Notes under the pieces: generated by a model
What the model was told of the DNA's origin: nothing
Seen by the model: the letters and a program-made list of their open reading frames with translations, nothing else
Database searches by the model: none
Shown: positions 22,181 through 32,380 of the stretch, piece by piece
Layout: the number at the start of each line of letters is the position of its first letter
Position numbering within the stretch: position 1 is the stretch's first letter
Assembly: GCA_013152545.1 (NCBI GenBank)
Contig: JAADGF010000020.1
Coordinates: forward strand, 302-64,301
DNA: 64,000 nt
Reading direction: 5' to 3'
Source of the DNA: Gammaproteobacteria bacterium
GTDB lineage: Bacteria; Pseudomonadota; Gammaproteobacteria; SZUA-152
Program-made: the position numbers and the translations under genes

Positions 22181-22921
22181 TTATTCTGCCGATAAAATAT
22201 CCGCGCAAAAACACGAAGGATGTTTATAGTGCGATGTAACGTAGCTTTCAGCTAAGGTTGCGATCAAACGTTGTGGATCAGCGTCGTAAATTACCTGTGC
22301 ACCGTTATCCTTGCCGTCAAAACTGGCAACAATGTCGGGAATTTTATCGGTGATGCCACCACTGCCTTGCACTACACCAATGAGTTTACCCTCATCGTAG
22401 GCGATGGCAAACTCCCCTAAGGTGCCAGAACGACCACCAATAATGATCACCATATCACTGGAGCGAATATTAGTGACTTCGCGTCCCATTAAACCACTCC
22501 CGGTGTAGATAAGTACGTCAAAACAATCTACGGGAGAGTGGTACTTCTGCACATGTTCGTCCAGGCTTAAGGCGGGCGAAATGCCAATCGAGAGACCTCC
22601 ACCGTTCGTCGCGCCACGGGCGCACTCGTAAGGCAGTCCAGGACAAGCGCCGGTGATAAGAATAAATCCCCGTTTGGCGATTTCCTGCCCCAACGCATAA
22701 GCAACCCCTGTTATCGATTGCGACTGTTCATTACCCGCCGAGCCCATCACACCAACGGTGAAACGCATACTCGGTACTTTATCGAGAAACGTTTCCGGGC
22801 ACGCCAGAAACTTCTGTTGACATTGCTCTGAACAGAAATAGTAACTGCGGCCCTCGTGCTCAGCTAGCGCCTTTGCCTTGCGCGGATCAAGCGCCATTAA
22901 ACACACGGGATCACGAATCAT
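22181..22921 (-). CDS. YHS/TRASH metal-binding domain fused to a LOG/TIGR00725-like Rossmann domain
   Basis: N-terminus DPVCLM...YYFCSEQCQQKF is a YHS domain. The remainder (GVMGSAG...ITGACPG...IIIGGRSGTLGE) is a LOG-family fold. Confidence 0.6.
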   Translation of the reverse strand: MIRDPVCLMALDPRKAKALAEHEGRSYYFCSEQCQQKFLACPETFLDKVPSMRFTVGVMGSAGNEQSQSITGVAYALGQEIAKRGFILITGACPGLPYECARGATNGGGLSIGISPALSLDEHVQKYHSPVDCFDVLIYTGSGLMGREVTNIRSSDMVIIIGGRSGTLGEFAIAYDEGKLIGVVQGSGGITDKIPDIVASFDGKDNGAQVIYDADPQRLIATLAESYVTSHYKHPSCFCADILSAE

Positions 22922-23431
22922 AGCAACTCACCTTTTTATGCTTGTTTTTTTGTAACGGCTCAGGTTACCTTTAACCTAACACATCAGTTGAATCGTCGCG
23001 AGAGCGATGAGGGCGCTGAAGGTAAAAGACTTATGGGTTTTTTTTGGACGACAGCGTATCACCCATACGGTAATTTCAGAAAACCCCAATAAGTCTTTTA
23101 GATTCTGTGCTATAGGCCTTCGCAGTAGATTCAACTGAGTAATTTAGGTTTAACTTGCCTGGTTACTACATCAAAAGCGCTCATTTTACATCGCAATAAA
23201 CTCCACGCTTTTTCTTTGTTCTCGAACAAATCAACAGCAACCTAGGAACCTGTCCGAGAATAGCAGCAGACGCGAAGTAACCTGCTCATCTTCAACCATA
23301 TGTTCCAATTATTACGTACCCATTCATTAGCACCATGGAATCAATACATACTTTGACAAGCACCGCCACCACGCATGAAAAATATCATGGCGATACAAAT
23401 AACATTCTTACCCCCCTATTTCAAGGATCTC

Positions 23432-24211
23432 TCAACCAGTACCTCCACTTTCAATCGTCATGCGACAGCGCAAAAACCAAATTTGATAAAGTGAAATAAG
23501 AATTTGTAACGCCCACGATAATCCCAACAAACCGCCAGCAATGATTACGGTATAAGCATAGATCGGGTCCCATTTGGTCAAAAACCAAGCGGCAATATCG
23601 ACAAAAATAGCGATAAATGGTAATAATGTTAACGTGCATTGAAACCAGTCAGGCAGCAACGCGAAGCGGAACACCAAACCAATACCAAGCGCTACCAATG
23701 CGATACCAAACAAGTGGATATGCGACACCTTCATCAGACTGTGCAGCGAGACACCGGTATCCACATTGGCTACCTGTTTGATACCCTCGTAACTGCTGAG
23801 ATCTGGAATTTTCAAGCCAGAAGCCGCGCTATGACACATCACACACCGCTCAGCGAATATGGGTTTTATGATACGTTCGTAATCCGCTTCAGACGTACCT
23901 GACTTCAGCCACTCAATGACATGATTACGGTGCTCGGTATCAATATAACCTGACATCGGGCCTCGCAGTGCCGATTCCAAACGTGTACCACTGCGATTAC
24001 CGTAGTAGTTCTCAGCAACATCCTCTACTGACAATCCCGGCTTACCGTCAATGCCATTGTAACTGGTATAGAGATAGGCCAAGGCCATCAGGTAGGCGAG
24101 CCCCGCTAACAACAGAAACGAACTATAGAGCAACTTCTCGTTAAGGGTGCAATCATAAAAACGGCGCGGCCAAGTGACCTGACAGCCTTCCGTGTGATGT
24201 TTTTGACTCAT
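23432..24211 (-). CDS. membrane protein with a single CxxCH heme c motif (CVMCH) and three C-terminal TM helices
   Basis: One N-terminal TM helix, a soluble domain with CVMCHS, then a C-terminal TM bundle. Confidence 0.5.
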   Translation of the reverse strand: MSQKHHTEGCQVTWPRRFYDCTLNEKLLYSSFLLLAGLAYLMALAYLYTSYNGIDGKPGLSVEDVAENYYGNRSGTRLESALRGPMSGYIDTEHRNHVIEWLKSGTSEADYERIIKPIFAERCVMCHSAASGLKIPDLSSYEGIKQVANVDTGVSLHSLMKVSHIHLFGIALVALGIGLVFRFALLPDWFQCTLTLLPFIAIFVDIAAWFLTKWDPIYAYTVIIAGGLLGLSWALQILISLYQIWFLRCRMTIESGGTG

Positions 24212-24286
24212 TTACCTTTTACTCCAATTGTGATGACTTTAAACCCTCACCAACCCGTCTTTTTCAAAAAGCGTGTTAGGGGCACT

Positions 24287-25066
24287 CTACCCAGAGAGGG
24301 ATTCATCTAACTCAAAAACACAAACACGATAAAAATCAGAAAAACAGTGAAACTCATCAATTTGTTTGATCACCTTATCCTGTTTTTTTGCATGTTGCTG
24401 CAACATCGCAATCAAATCCAGACGCCAAAAACTCTCCAAGAATGGTTCCAAGCGTTGCAACAGCAGACGCGTAGGCCACAACCGCCATAGCAAATGTTTT
24501 TTAGGACAAGCGCCATACTCGGTGATGACCAAGCGGCCACCAGGCTGTAACACCCGTATCGCCTCACTAACACTATGCTCGCGCGCATCAGATGGTAACT
24601 CGTGAAGCAGAAAAAAGATAAGTACAGTGGCAAATACATTATCACCATAGGCAAGAAGCTCTGCATTCATTCGCGCACAAAGCAGGCGTTCCCTCGTCTC
24701 GTCAGTCAACTTTTTACGGCTCGCGGTTAACTGTATGTCTGCCACATCCATGAGATAGAGTTCGTCATCCATCGCCTTAAGCAGGGCAGGCGTCAAACTA
24801 CCATAAGCGCAGGTGAGCTGTAAAAACCGCCCCTGCGGCCGATTTTTCATACAGTCGCGTAGCGCCCTCAGCGACAGTGTCCGGTACTGCCCAAAAAGAA
24901 TGGCATTGATAATCGGCTGGTGATCGAAAAACCAGACGCCCCAGTGCCAGAGGTAAGCCCACCAATAGTGACGCACCAGATATTCTGGCTTACCATTGAG
25001 AAAGCGCCGCCAAATACCTGTCGGCAATTCGTTATTTTTGTGGTGCTTTGATGACATATCGATCAC
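24287..25066 (-). CDS. class I SAM-methyltransferase-like protein with a degenerate motif I; candidate rhodoquinone biosynthesis enzyme RquA
   Basis: Motif I reads FLQLTCAYG (the Asp and glycines of hhDhGxGxG are replaced). Post-I YLMDVAD, motif II VLIFFLLHELP, motif III LQPGGRLVI. Confidence 0.4.
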   Translation of the reverse strand: MIDMSSKHHKNNELPTGIWRRFLNGKPEYLVRHYWWAYLWHWGVWFFDHQPIINAILFGQYRTLSLRALRDCMKNRPQGRFLQLTCAYGSLTPALLKAMDDELYLMDVADIQLTASRKKLTDETRERLLCARMNAELLAYGDNVFATVLIFFLLHELPSDAREHSVSEAIRVLQPGGRLVITEYGACPKKHLLWRLWPTRLLLQRLEPFLESFWRLDLIAMLQQHAKKQDKVIKQIDEFHCFSDFYRVCVFELDESLSG

Positions 25067-25414
25067 CTACAACTCAGTTCTGCTTACTGGTTTGTTAACA
25101 AATAACTCGCTAACGTGTCTATACTCATAGCGTTTTTAATTTAGATCTAAATGTGTGTCATATTGATTTCATGGCCAGGCAAAATGGCGCGGAATAGACA
25201 CTCTAATTGCGAGACATTTTAACGCCGCCATGGGATTAATAGAGCATGCAGTTAGGCCTAAGTCTCAAACGCTATGGGTATATATCCTTAGCTGCCAATC
25301 TCCACGCCATAACCAAACACGCCGTTGAGCCATAGAAGCCCGCACAATGTCCTGAATGATCATGTGCATTCCTTCTTTCGTTGACAAAAACTGACTTAGG
25401 AACATGCACGTTTC

Positions 25415-26668
25415 TTAAAACCCTCTCAGCCGAATAGCATGATCAACCCGCCCAATCGCCAACTCATAGGCCGCAGAACGCATATCGATTTTCCGTTCCT
25501 GCGCCAGATCACGCACCACATCGTAAGTACGGGAGAGTCGTTTCTCCAAGCGGCTCAGTACCAGTTCCCGGTCCCACGGGAACTGTTGTAAGTTCTGCAC
25601 CCATTCATAGTAGGATGCCAGCACACCACCTACATTCGCCAGCAGATCCGGCACAATAACAACAGCGCGCTGCTGCAAACGTTGATCCGCTTGATGCGTA
25701 ATAGGGATGTTGGCCGCCTCCACAATCAACGGAGCTTGAATGGCATCGGCGTTATCACAGGTAATGGTTGCTTCCAACGCAGCAGGGATCAAAATTTCAC
25801 AGGGCAGTTCGAGCAATTCAGCATTACTAACCGCAGCAGTACCAGCCAGACCTTGCAATGCACCCGTCTCACGCACATGCGCCAGCGCCAAGCCGACATC
25901 AATCCCTTTCTCAGAATAAACACCACCACGAGAACCGGAAAGTGCAATGATTTTATATCCTTTACTCGCCAAACTGATCGCCGCATGGGAGCCAACATTA
26001 CCAAAACCCTGGATCACCACCCGACTCTGTTCGGCAATAAGCGACATCGCCATAGCCGCCTTGTCGGCCAGGTGGGCGACACCGTGACCAGTTGCCTCCA
26101 GTCGTCCAGCACAACCTCCTAGCGCCATCGGTTTACCAGTAACAACGGCCGTTCTATAACCGTGAGTTTTGCTATACTCATCCAATATCCAGCCCATCAC
26201 CTGAGGATTAGTGCCAATATCCGGTGCGGGAATATCTTCATGCACACCAATGATCGGCGCCATTTTTTGACAAAAACGTTTGGAAAGCTCTTCTAACTCA
26301 GTTTCGTTCAACTGCTTCGGATCAACCGCGACCCCCCCTTTGGCGCCACCAAAAGGGATATCCACCAAGGCCGTTTTCCAGGTCATCAATTGTGCTAACG
26401 CCCGCACTTCCCCCAAATTAACATCCGGATGAAAACGTAACCCACCTTTGAACGGTCCACGAGCATGATTGTGTTGCACGCGGTAGCCCTGAAAGGTGTG
26501 CAGAGTATTCTCACCATTGTGGCGCAACGTCACTGGCACAGTCACGCGCGTCTCCCGAAACGACGAGAGCAACAGCGCTTGTCGCGACGCCTTTAGCTTA
26601 AGACGACTAAACGCCGAATCAAGAAAATGGCGTTGAGTCTTCTGGCAAACGCATTTTTTATCCATCAA
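25415..26668 (-). CDS. glutamate dehydrogenase (Glu/Leu/Phe/Val dehydrogenase family)
   Basis: KGGLRFHP and the catalytic FGGAKGG motif. C-terminal Rossmann motif GFGNVG. Confidence 0.85.
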   Translation of the reverse strand: MMDKKCVCQKTQRHFLDSAFSRLKLKASRQALLLSSFRETRVTVPVTLRHNGENTLHTFQGYRVQHNHARGPFKGGLRFHPDVNLGEVRALAQLMTWKTALVDIPFGGAKGGVAVDPKQLNETELEELSKRFCQKMAPIIGVHEDIPAPDIGTNPQVMGWILDEYSKTHGYRTAVVTGKPMALGGCAGRLEATGHGVAHLADKAAMAMSLIAEQSRVVIQGFGNVGSHAAISLASKGYKIIALSGSRGGVYSEKGIDVGLALAHVRETGALQGLAGTAAVSNAELLELPCEILIPAALEATITCDNADAIQAPLIVEAANIPITHQADQRLQQRAVVIVPDLLANVGGVLASYYEWVQNLQQFPWDRELVLSRLEKRLSRTYDVVRDLAQERKIDMRSAAYELAIGRVDHAIRLRGF

Positions 26669-26954
26669 CGCGCTCCTCCTTACTACCGCGAAGTACGGTG
26701 AAATTGTAGATTGGCACCCAAATCAAGGCGAAATACCAGCCATAACCGTACGCCTCGATCAACCCCAGAAAAAAACTTTTCCAACTCAGCCACTCGAAAC
26801 CCGGTAATAGTTTTTGCCAGGTTTCGTACATTGCATGCCCAGGAAAAACCAGATCAAACCCGACACAGAGCACAAAACTGATTGCCAATGTGAAACTGGT
26901 GGCATGACCCACACCCAACAACGACATCCCCTGCCTATGATGACTACATTTCAT
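26658..26954 (-). CDS. small integral membrane protein (2-3 TM), unknown function
   Basis: The ORF overlaps the upstream YHS gene by about 11 nt and the gdh start by 11 nt. Hydrophobic. Confidence 0.4.
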   Translation of the reverse strand: MKCSHHRQGMSLLGVGHATSFTLAISFVLCVGFDLVFPGHAMYETWQKLLPGFEWLSWKSFFLGLIEAYGYGWYFALIWVPIYNFTVLRGSKEERVDG

Positions 26955-27234
26955 GCTTTTCTCCCTGTTCTTTATTGAGATAACGCTCGGGATCAGCATC
27001 AAACTTATCGAGGCAACTTCGAGAGCAAAAGCGGTAGAGTTTCCCTCCATGCATTTTGCCGTAACCTTGCTCAGCCTCGACCTCCATATCGCAAACAGGG
27101 TCGATGTATTTCACCGCCTTACCGGTACCCCGCGAATGACCACCATGGCCGTGCATCATGTGTGCACCACACCCGAAGCGCATCATGATAAAAAACAGAA
27201 TTGCAAAGAACAATAACGAACCCAGGCCTTCCAT
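26944..27234 (-). CDS. His-rich YHS-domain protein (secreted or anchored)
   Basis: N-terminal hydrophobic segment, an HMMHGHGGH stretch, and a YHS domain DPVCDMEV...YRFCSRSCLDKF. Confidence 0.65.
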   Translation of the reverse strand: MEGLGSLLFFAILFFIMMRFGCGAHMMHGHGGHSRGTGKAVKYIDPVCDMEVEAEQGYGKMHGGKLYRFCSRSCLDKFDADPERYLNKEQGEKHEM

Positions 27235-27278
27235 ATATCACCTCCTGTTTGGGTTTCAGTTAGGAATATTCGCGTTCC

Positions 27279-27953
27279 TTACCTCGCTTCCTCATCCCGA
27301 ACCTCTACCATTAAAAACGCCTTCCATTGATTGAAAGATGGAAAAAAAGCGGGGGTTTTACGCACGTATTCGTTGTATGTCTCGCCAAACTCCAGCTCAG
27401 CGCGTCGCTCTTCGACCCGGGCTAGGTGCACATAGGCATAGAGCATAATGGGTGCCATTAACACGGTGAGTAACGTCGGCCACTGCACCAGAAAACCGAT
27501 GATGACCAGAAACAGCCCCGTATATTGCGGGTGACGGGCGTAGGCATAGATACCGTCGATGACCAAAGCACCACGTGCAGCGTGGATCTGGGTCCAGCCT
27601 TTTGAAAGTAGCGTGTAGCCCATAATCATCAACACCAGACTCAAAATCATCACGACCGCCCAGGCCAAGGTTGAACCGCCGAATACCACAACCCAGAGGT
27701 GGCCGAGCTTGTGGTTGAAAGGTTGTAACACCGGATAAGCATCACCTAACCAACCAGTGAGCAGATAAATGGTTAATGGGAAACCGTACATTTCGCTAAA
27801 AAGAGCCACCAGAAAGGCAACCACGACCCCCATGCTACGCCATTCCTGACCACCCCTCGGCTTGAGAAAACTCAAAATAAAAAAGAGAAACAGGCCGATA
27901 TTAAAAGCCGCTACCACCCACATACCATAAGCATATTCGACTTCACCATGCAT
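27279..27953 (-). CDS. isoprenylcysteine carboxyl methyltransferase (ICMT/PEMT) family membrane protein
   Basis: C-terminus VIDGIYAYARHPQYTGLF...EERRAELEFGETYNEYVRKTP is characteristic of the family. Confidence 0.7.
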   Translation of the reverse strand: MHGEVEYAYGMWVVAAFNIGLFLFFILSFLKPRGGQEWRSMGVVVAFLVALFSEMYGFPLTIYLLTGWLGDAYPVLQPFNHKLGHLWVVVFGGSTLAWAVVMILSLVLMIMGYTLLSKGWTQIHAARGALVIDGIYAYARHPQYTGLFLVIIGFLVQWPTLLTVLMAPIMLYAYVHLARVEERRAELEFGETYNEYVRKTPAFFPSFNQWKAFLMVEVRDEEAR

Positions 27954-28036
27954 TATTTAACTCCCCCCCCCTTTCTATTTAGGAACAGCACTCCATCGCA
28001 ATTTACCGCTACACCAATACCATGAGAGCACTGCTG

Positions 28037-30628
28037 CTACAGTTTTACTCCTCTCAATCTGAGGGCATTTGTTATCACCGACACCGAACTGAAACTCATG
28101 GCTGCGGCTGCAATGATAGGCGAGAGCAACAAACCGAAGAAAGGATAGAGCACGCCCGCCGCAACCGGCACACCCGCCGCATTGTAAATAAATGCAAAAA
28201 AGAGGTTCTGGCGGATATTGCGCATAGTGGCACGACTGAGGCGACGCGCCCTGACAATACCGCGCAAATCTCCTTTAACAAGCGTTACGCCAGCACTCTC
28301 CATAGCAACATCAGTACCAGTGCCCATAGCAACACCGACATGCGCCTGCGCTAATGCTGGCGCGTCGTTAATGCCATCACCCGCCATAGCAACAATGCGC
28401 CCCTCGGCCTGAAGTTGTTTCACCACCTCAGCTTTTTGATCCGGTAACACCTCAGCCTGAACCTGATCAATATCCAGCTTGGCAGCCACCGCTTCGGCAG
28501 TCTTGCGACTATCACCGGTGAGCATCACCACACGGATGCCTTCGCCATGCAGGTCACGAATCGCCTCAGGGGTGGTGGCCTTAATGGGATCGGCAACACC
28601 AATCAAACCAGCGGCTTTACCATTGATCGCCAGCAGCATCACCGTCTGGCCTTCAGCTCGCTGGCTATCCGCTTGTTGCGGCAATTCGCCCGCATCAATG
28701 CCGAGACTCTGCAACAACGCAAGATTACCCAACGCCACCTTACGGCCATCGACGATACCAGTGACGCCCTTGCCGGTTACCGACTGGAAATCATCGACGC
28801 CGATCAATTCCACACCTCTCTCCTCAGCACCCTGCACAATAGCCTCGGCCAGCGGATGTTCGCTGGCCCGTTCAAGACTGGCGGCCAGACGTAAATTGTC
28901 ATTGTCCTGAAAACCGTGCTCAGCGATGACAGAAACCAATCTCGGCTTACCTTCGGTCAGCGTGCCAGTTTTGTCCACCACTAAGGTATCTACCTTCTGC
29001 ATGACTTCTAATGCCTCAGCATTTTTGATCAACACCCCCATCATTGCGCCTTTACCGGTACCGACCATAATTGACATGGGTGTCGCCAAACCCAATGCAC
29101 AGGGACAGGCAATAATCAGCACCGCTACTGCATTAATCACCGCATAAGCAATGGCCGGCTCCGGCCCCCACAAACTCCAGATAATAAATGTGATAACGGC
29201 AATGAGTACCACCGCCGGCACAAAGTAACCGGCGACAACGTCCACCAGCTTTTGAATAGGGGCACGGGAACGCTGTGCTTCAGCTACCATTTTAACAATT
29301 TGCGATAACAACGTGTCGGCACCCACTTTATCGGCGCGCATCACCAGACCGCCAGTGCCATTGACAGTCGCACCGATCAATTTTTCTCCTGCGGTTTTAA
29401 CCACAGGGAGCGGCTCACCAGTCACCATCGATTCATCAACATTGCTTTCGCCATCCAGCACTTCGCCATCCACTGGCACCTTCTCTCCAGGACGAACCCG
29501 CAAACGATCACCGCGCTGCACATGTTCCAGCGGTATATCTTCTTCGGTGCCATCATCGCGCACGATACGCGCTGTTTTCGGTGCCAAACCCAACAAGAGT
29601 TTGATCGCCGCATTCGTCTGGCTGCGGGCACGCAATTCCAATACTTGCCCCAATAAAACAAGCGCTGTTATGACAGCAGCTGCTTCAAAATAGACCGGGA
29701 TCACCCCCATCTCGTTCAACACAGCTGCCGGGAAAATACCCGGCATCACAACACCAATAAAACTGTAAACCCAGGCGATACTCACACCGATAGCGATTAA
29801 TGTGAACATATTGAGGTTACGCGTCATAACTGACTGCCAGCCACGTACGTAGAATATCCACCCTCCCCACCACACTACGGGCGCAGAAAGCAACAATTCG
29901 ATCCATTGGCGAGTTTTCGGGTTAATGATTTGCGCCATGGTTTCAGGCCAAAACTCAGCACCCATAGCACTAAAAAAAACAGGGATTGCAAGTATTGCAC
30001 TGATCCAGAAGCGACGGTTCATATAGTCCAGTTCGCTGCTATCCTCTTCCACCTCCACAGTCATCGCTTCCAGTGCCATGCCACATTTGGGGCAATTACC
30101 GGGATGATCTTGAACAATTTCCGGATGCATAGGACAAGTGTATTCGGTTCTTGTAGTGGATAAGGGGATATTTTTCGGCTCAAGCGCCATACCGCACTTG
30201 GGGCAACTGCCTGGGCCTTGCTGTTCAATCTCAAGGTGCATGGGACAGGTGTAAATTGCCGATCCATCCAGCGGACTGGATGCTTTTACTGTATGATGAG
30301 CATGATCCTCGCCACCACAGCAACTGTTTTTTTCGTGCTTCGTCTTGATCAGATATTGTCCAGGTGACGTCAAAAACTTATCTAAGCAACCTATGCTGCA
30401 AAAATAGTGGCTGTTGCCCTCGTATTCTGTGTGATGTGCTGACGCGGCGCTAACCACCATACCACACACCGGGTCAGTGAGCGATTCGCTTGGTACATAT
30501 TGCGCAGGATCAGCGTCAAACTTTTGCAGACAATGCTCACTACAGAAATAATAACGCTTGCCACTATGATCCGTGTAGTATTCTTTATCCTCCGCCACGT
30601 CCATGCCGCAAACCGGATCAATTTTCAT
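28037..30628 (-). CDS. copA: copper-translocating P1B-type ATPase with 2 YHS plus 2 CPMHxE...CPKCGM metal-binding modules
   Basis: CPC in a TM helix (ACPCALG), DKTGT, HP (SEHPL), GDGINDAP. The N-terminus carries two YHS domains and two CPMH...CPKCGM modules. Confidence 0.9.
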   Translation of the reverse strand: MKIDPVCGMDVAEDKEYYTDHSGKRYYFCSEHCLQKFDADPAQYVPSESLTDPVCGMVVSAASAHHTEYEGNSHYFCSIGCLDKFLTSPGQYLIKTKHEKNSCCGGEDHAHHTVKASSPLDGSAIYTCPMHLEIEQQGPGSCPKCGMALEPKNIPLSTTRTEYTCPMHPEIVQDHPGNCPKCGMALEAMTVEVEEDSSELDYMNRRFWISAILAIPVFFSAMGAEFWPETMAQIINPKTRQWIELLLSAPVVWWGGWIFYVRGWQSVMTRNLNMFTLIAIGVSIAWVYSFIGVVMPGIFPAAVLNEMGVIPVYFEAAAVITALVLLGQVLELRARSQTNAAIKLLLGLAPKTARIVRDDGTEEDIPLEHVQRGDRLRVRPGEKVPVDGEVLDGESNVDESMVTGEPLPVVKTAGEKLIGATVNGTGGLVMRADKVGADTLLSQIVKMVAEAQRSRAPIQKLVDVVAGYFVPAVVLIAVITFIIWSLWGPEPAIAYAVINAVAVLIIACPCALGLATPMSIMVGTGKGAMMGVLIKNAEALEVMQKVDTLVVDKTGTLTEGKPRLVSVIAEHGFQDNDNLRLAASLERASEHPLAEAIVQGAEERGVELIGVDDFQSVTGKGVTGIVDGRKVALGNLALLQSLGIDAGELPQQADSQRAEGQTVMLLAINGKAAGLIGVADPIKATTPEAIRDLHGEGIRVVMLTGDSRKTAEAVAAKLDIDQVQAEVLPDQKAEVVKQLQAEGRIVAMAGDGINDAPALAQAHVGVAMGTGTDVAMESAGVTLVKGDLRGIVRARRLSRATMRNIRQNLFFAFIYNAAGVPVAAGVLYPFFGLLLSPIIAAAAMSFSSVSVITNALRLRGVKL

Positions 30629-30649
30629 ACTCCGCCTCCTCTAATTTGC

Positions 30650-31063
30650 TCAAACAATGGACTCGATCAAATGACAAATCGCCTCACCATCCGGTTCACC
30701 ATCTGGCATTGATTTCCACTGATCTAAAGCATTATCCATTCGTTCTTGCAGTGCATTGAGTTCAATCATCCTCACTCTATTTTGATCAATGCGCTGACGA
30801 ATAATGTCGCGTACCGCCGGACAGGGTGACTGCCCATCATTGCTATGATCGAAAATGGTCTGAATATCGCTCAACGTGAATCCAAGCCCCTTGGCTCGGC
30901 ATATGAACTTCACTTTCTTAATATCATCGTCGTTAAAGAGCTTGTATCCATTATTAGGATCGCGTGACGGCGCTAACAACCCGATACGTACATAGTGGCG
31001 TATCGCATCCGGAGTGGCTTGCGCCGCTTTTGATAACTCACTGACAGTCAACATATCGTTCAC
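30650..31063 (-). CDS. cueR: MerR-family metal-responsive regulator (CueR/HmrR-like)
   Basis: N-terminal MerR HTH, a dimerization helix, and C-terminal Cys residues (CPAV..., ICHL). Lies 21 nt upstream of copA. Confidence 0.75.
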   Translation of the reverse strand: MNDMLTVSELSKAAQATPDAIRHYVRIGLLAPSRDPNNGYKLFNDDDIKKVKFICRAKGLGFTLSDIQTIFDHSNDGQSPCPAVRDIIRQRIDQNRVRMIELNALQERMDNALDQWKSMPDGEPDGEAICHLIESIV

Positions 31064-31172
31064 CTAAAATATTATTTTATTAACCCATGCGTCAAAATAA
31101 TGTGAAAAAAAATTTTAATTGTTATGTCTTCAATCACACTTTTTAAACCTTAGCGTTAACTCTTCGAAGTAA

Positions 31173-31203
31173 GTGTAAACCCCAGGTGCTGCACCCAGGT
31201 CAA
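31173..31203 (-). promoter_or_regulatory. candidate MerR-type promoter: -35 TTGACC, 19-bp spacer containing the dyad GGTGC-A-GCACC, -10 TTACAC
   Basis: The minus strand reads TTGACCTGGGTGCAGCACCTGGGGTTTACAC. A 19-bp spacer is the MerR-family hallmark. About 110 nt upstream of the cueR ATG. Confidence 0.3.
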
Positions 31204-31207
31204 GTAC

Positions 31208-31741
31208 TTAATATTTTGTAAATATCTTACTGCCACCTTCTTTATCAAACATCAACACGTTATAACCTCTAGGCTTTTCACCCGGTGGCGACATACCGGG
31301 TGAGTGCTTGGGCATTCCAGGCGCGGTAAGCCCAGCGGTTTTAAATTTTTCTCTCAACAATTGCTTGATGTCAGTGGCAGGAACATGCCCTTCGATCACA
31401 TAACCGTCTATGGTCGCCGTGTGACAGGATGCCAAATACGGTTTCACACCAAGTGATTTTTTAATACTGTCCATATCATTTCGGTTATGTGAAACAACCT
31501 TGAATCCCTCGGTTTCAAGGTGCGTCACCCAGTCATCGCAACAACCACAGGTAGGAGATTTATATACGGTAATCTCCGGCAATGCTTTGTTAGACCCAGC
31601 GGGAACTTCCCCAGCATAAACCTGCTGTGCCGACCCAAACCAAAACATCACCACCATAGTCGTCACAACGATTAGATTTAAAAAAAAGAACCAATATCTA
31701 CTTTTTTCAATGATGGCATCCACTCCATTTAGATAGCTCAC
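31208..31741 (-). CDS. DUF411 / CopG-like periplasmic copper-cluster protein
   Basis: N-terminal TM anchor and a conserved CxCC motif (SPTCGCCDDW) followed by a His. Confidence 0.65.
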   Translation of the reverse strand: MSYLNGVDAIIEKSRYWFFFLNLIVVTTMVVMFWFGSAQQVYAGEVPAGSNKALPEITVYKSPTCGCCDDWVTHLETEGFKVVSHNRNDMDSIKKSLGVKPYLASCHTATIDGYVIEGHVPATDIKQLLREKFKTAGLTAPGMPKHSPGMSPPGEKPRGYNVLMFDKEGGSKIFTKY

Positions 31742-31771
31742 TGTTTCACTCCTTCGTTAGTTTGTTTCTGA

Positions 31772-32362
31772 TCAATGCTCATGGCCGTGACCATCGCTTT
31801 CAAGCATTTCATCCATACCACTAAAATCCATCGTCTTCTCACCAGGGGTAGCAGCATGGTCTGAACCATGCCCTCCACCATCGCCGTGCGAATGACTGTG
31901 CCCCTCACCATCAGACTTCGGCAACGACATCACACCCAGGCCGTAACGGTAGACCACCTCACCACCGCGCCAGGCGGTAGCCGCTAAAACACCCCCGGCA
32001 ACCACCATGCATACCACAAAAACCGGCCCCAAAGTTTTACCCTTACGGACCCAGATAATAGACCAAGCGGCCAGCCCCAAGAACAACACGATGGTTGCCA
32101 CGGCCCAATTGCGATGATCGGTCATCGCTAAATGAGAAGGGGTATCGTGGGCAACGGTGTTATAGGCATCAAGCCCAGCAAACCCAGTGATAATCGTGAA
32201 ACCCGCACCGAACCACAATGCCCAGCGGGCGACAATTTGCCACTGCTCTTTTAGTGGCGGTTTAACAAAGGGCGTCACCACAAAAAGCCCCACGGCCAGT
32301 GACAATAACGCCACAGTAAAATGCACAAAAATGGGATGCAGGTTGGGAATAATTTCAGGCAT
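31772..32362 (-). CDS. membrane protein (4 TM) with a His-rich tail, DUF2231-like
   Basis: Four TM helices. C-terminus GEGHSHSHGDGGGHGSDH...DGHGHEH. Confidence 0.4.
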   Translation of the reverse strand: MPEIIPNLHPIFVHFTVALLSLAVGLFVVTPFVKPPLKEQWQIVARWALWFGAGFTIITGFAGLDAYNTVAHDTPSHLAMTDHRNWAVATIVLFLGLAAWSIIWVRKGKTLGPVFVVCMVVAGGVLAATAWRGGEVVYRYGLGVMSLPKSDGEGHSHSHGDGGGHGSDHAATPGEKTMDFSGMDEMLESDGHGHEH

Positions 32363-32380
32363 TTGGTGCTCCTTACTCTA

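Noticed and set aside
26944-27050. Apparent 107-nt overlap between the 130-aa ORF and the YHS ORF
   Set aside because: The overlap is resolved by choosing the internal Met (MKCSHH.. or MSLLGV..) as the start of the small membrane protein. The long N-terminal extension has no support.
28479-29693. Plus-strand ORFs (143, 115, 126 aa) antisense to the copA ATPase gene
   Set aside because: These are GC-rich antisense shadow frames. The translations are Ser/Ala/Arg-rich low-complexity with no domain signatures.
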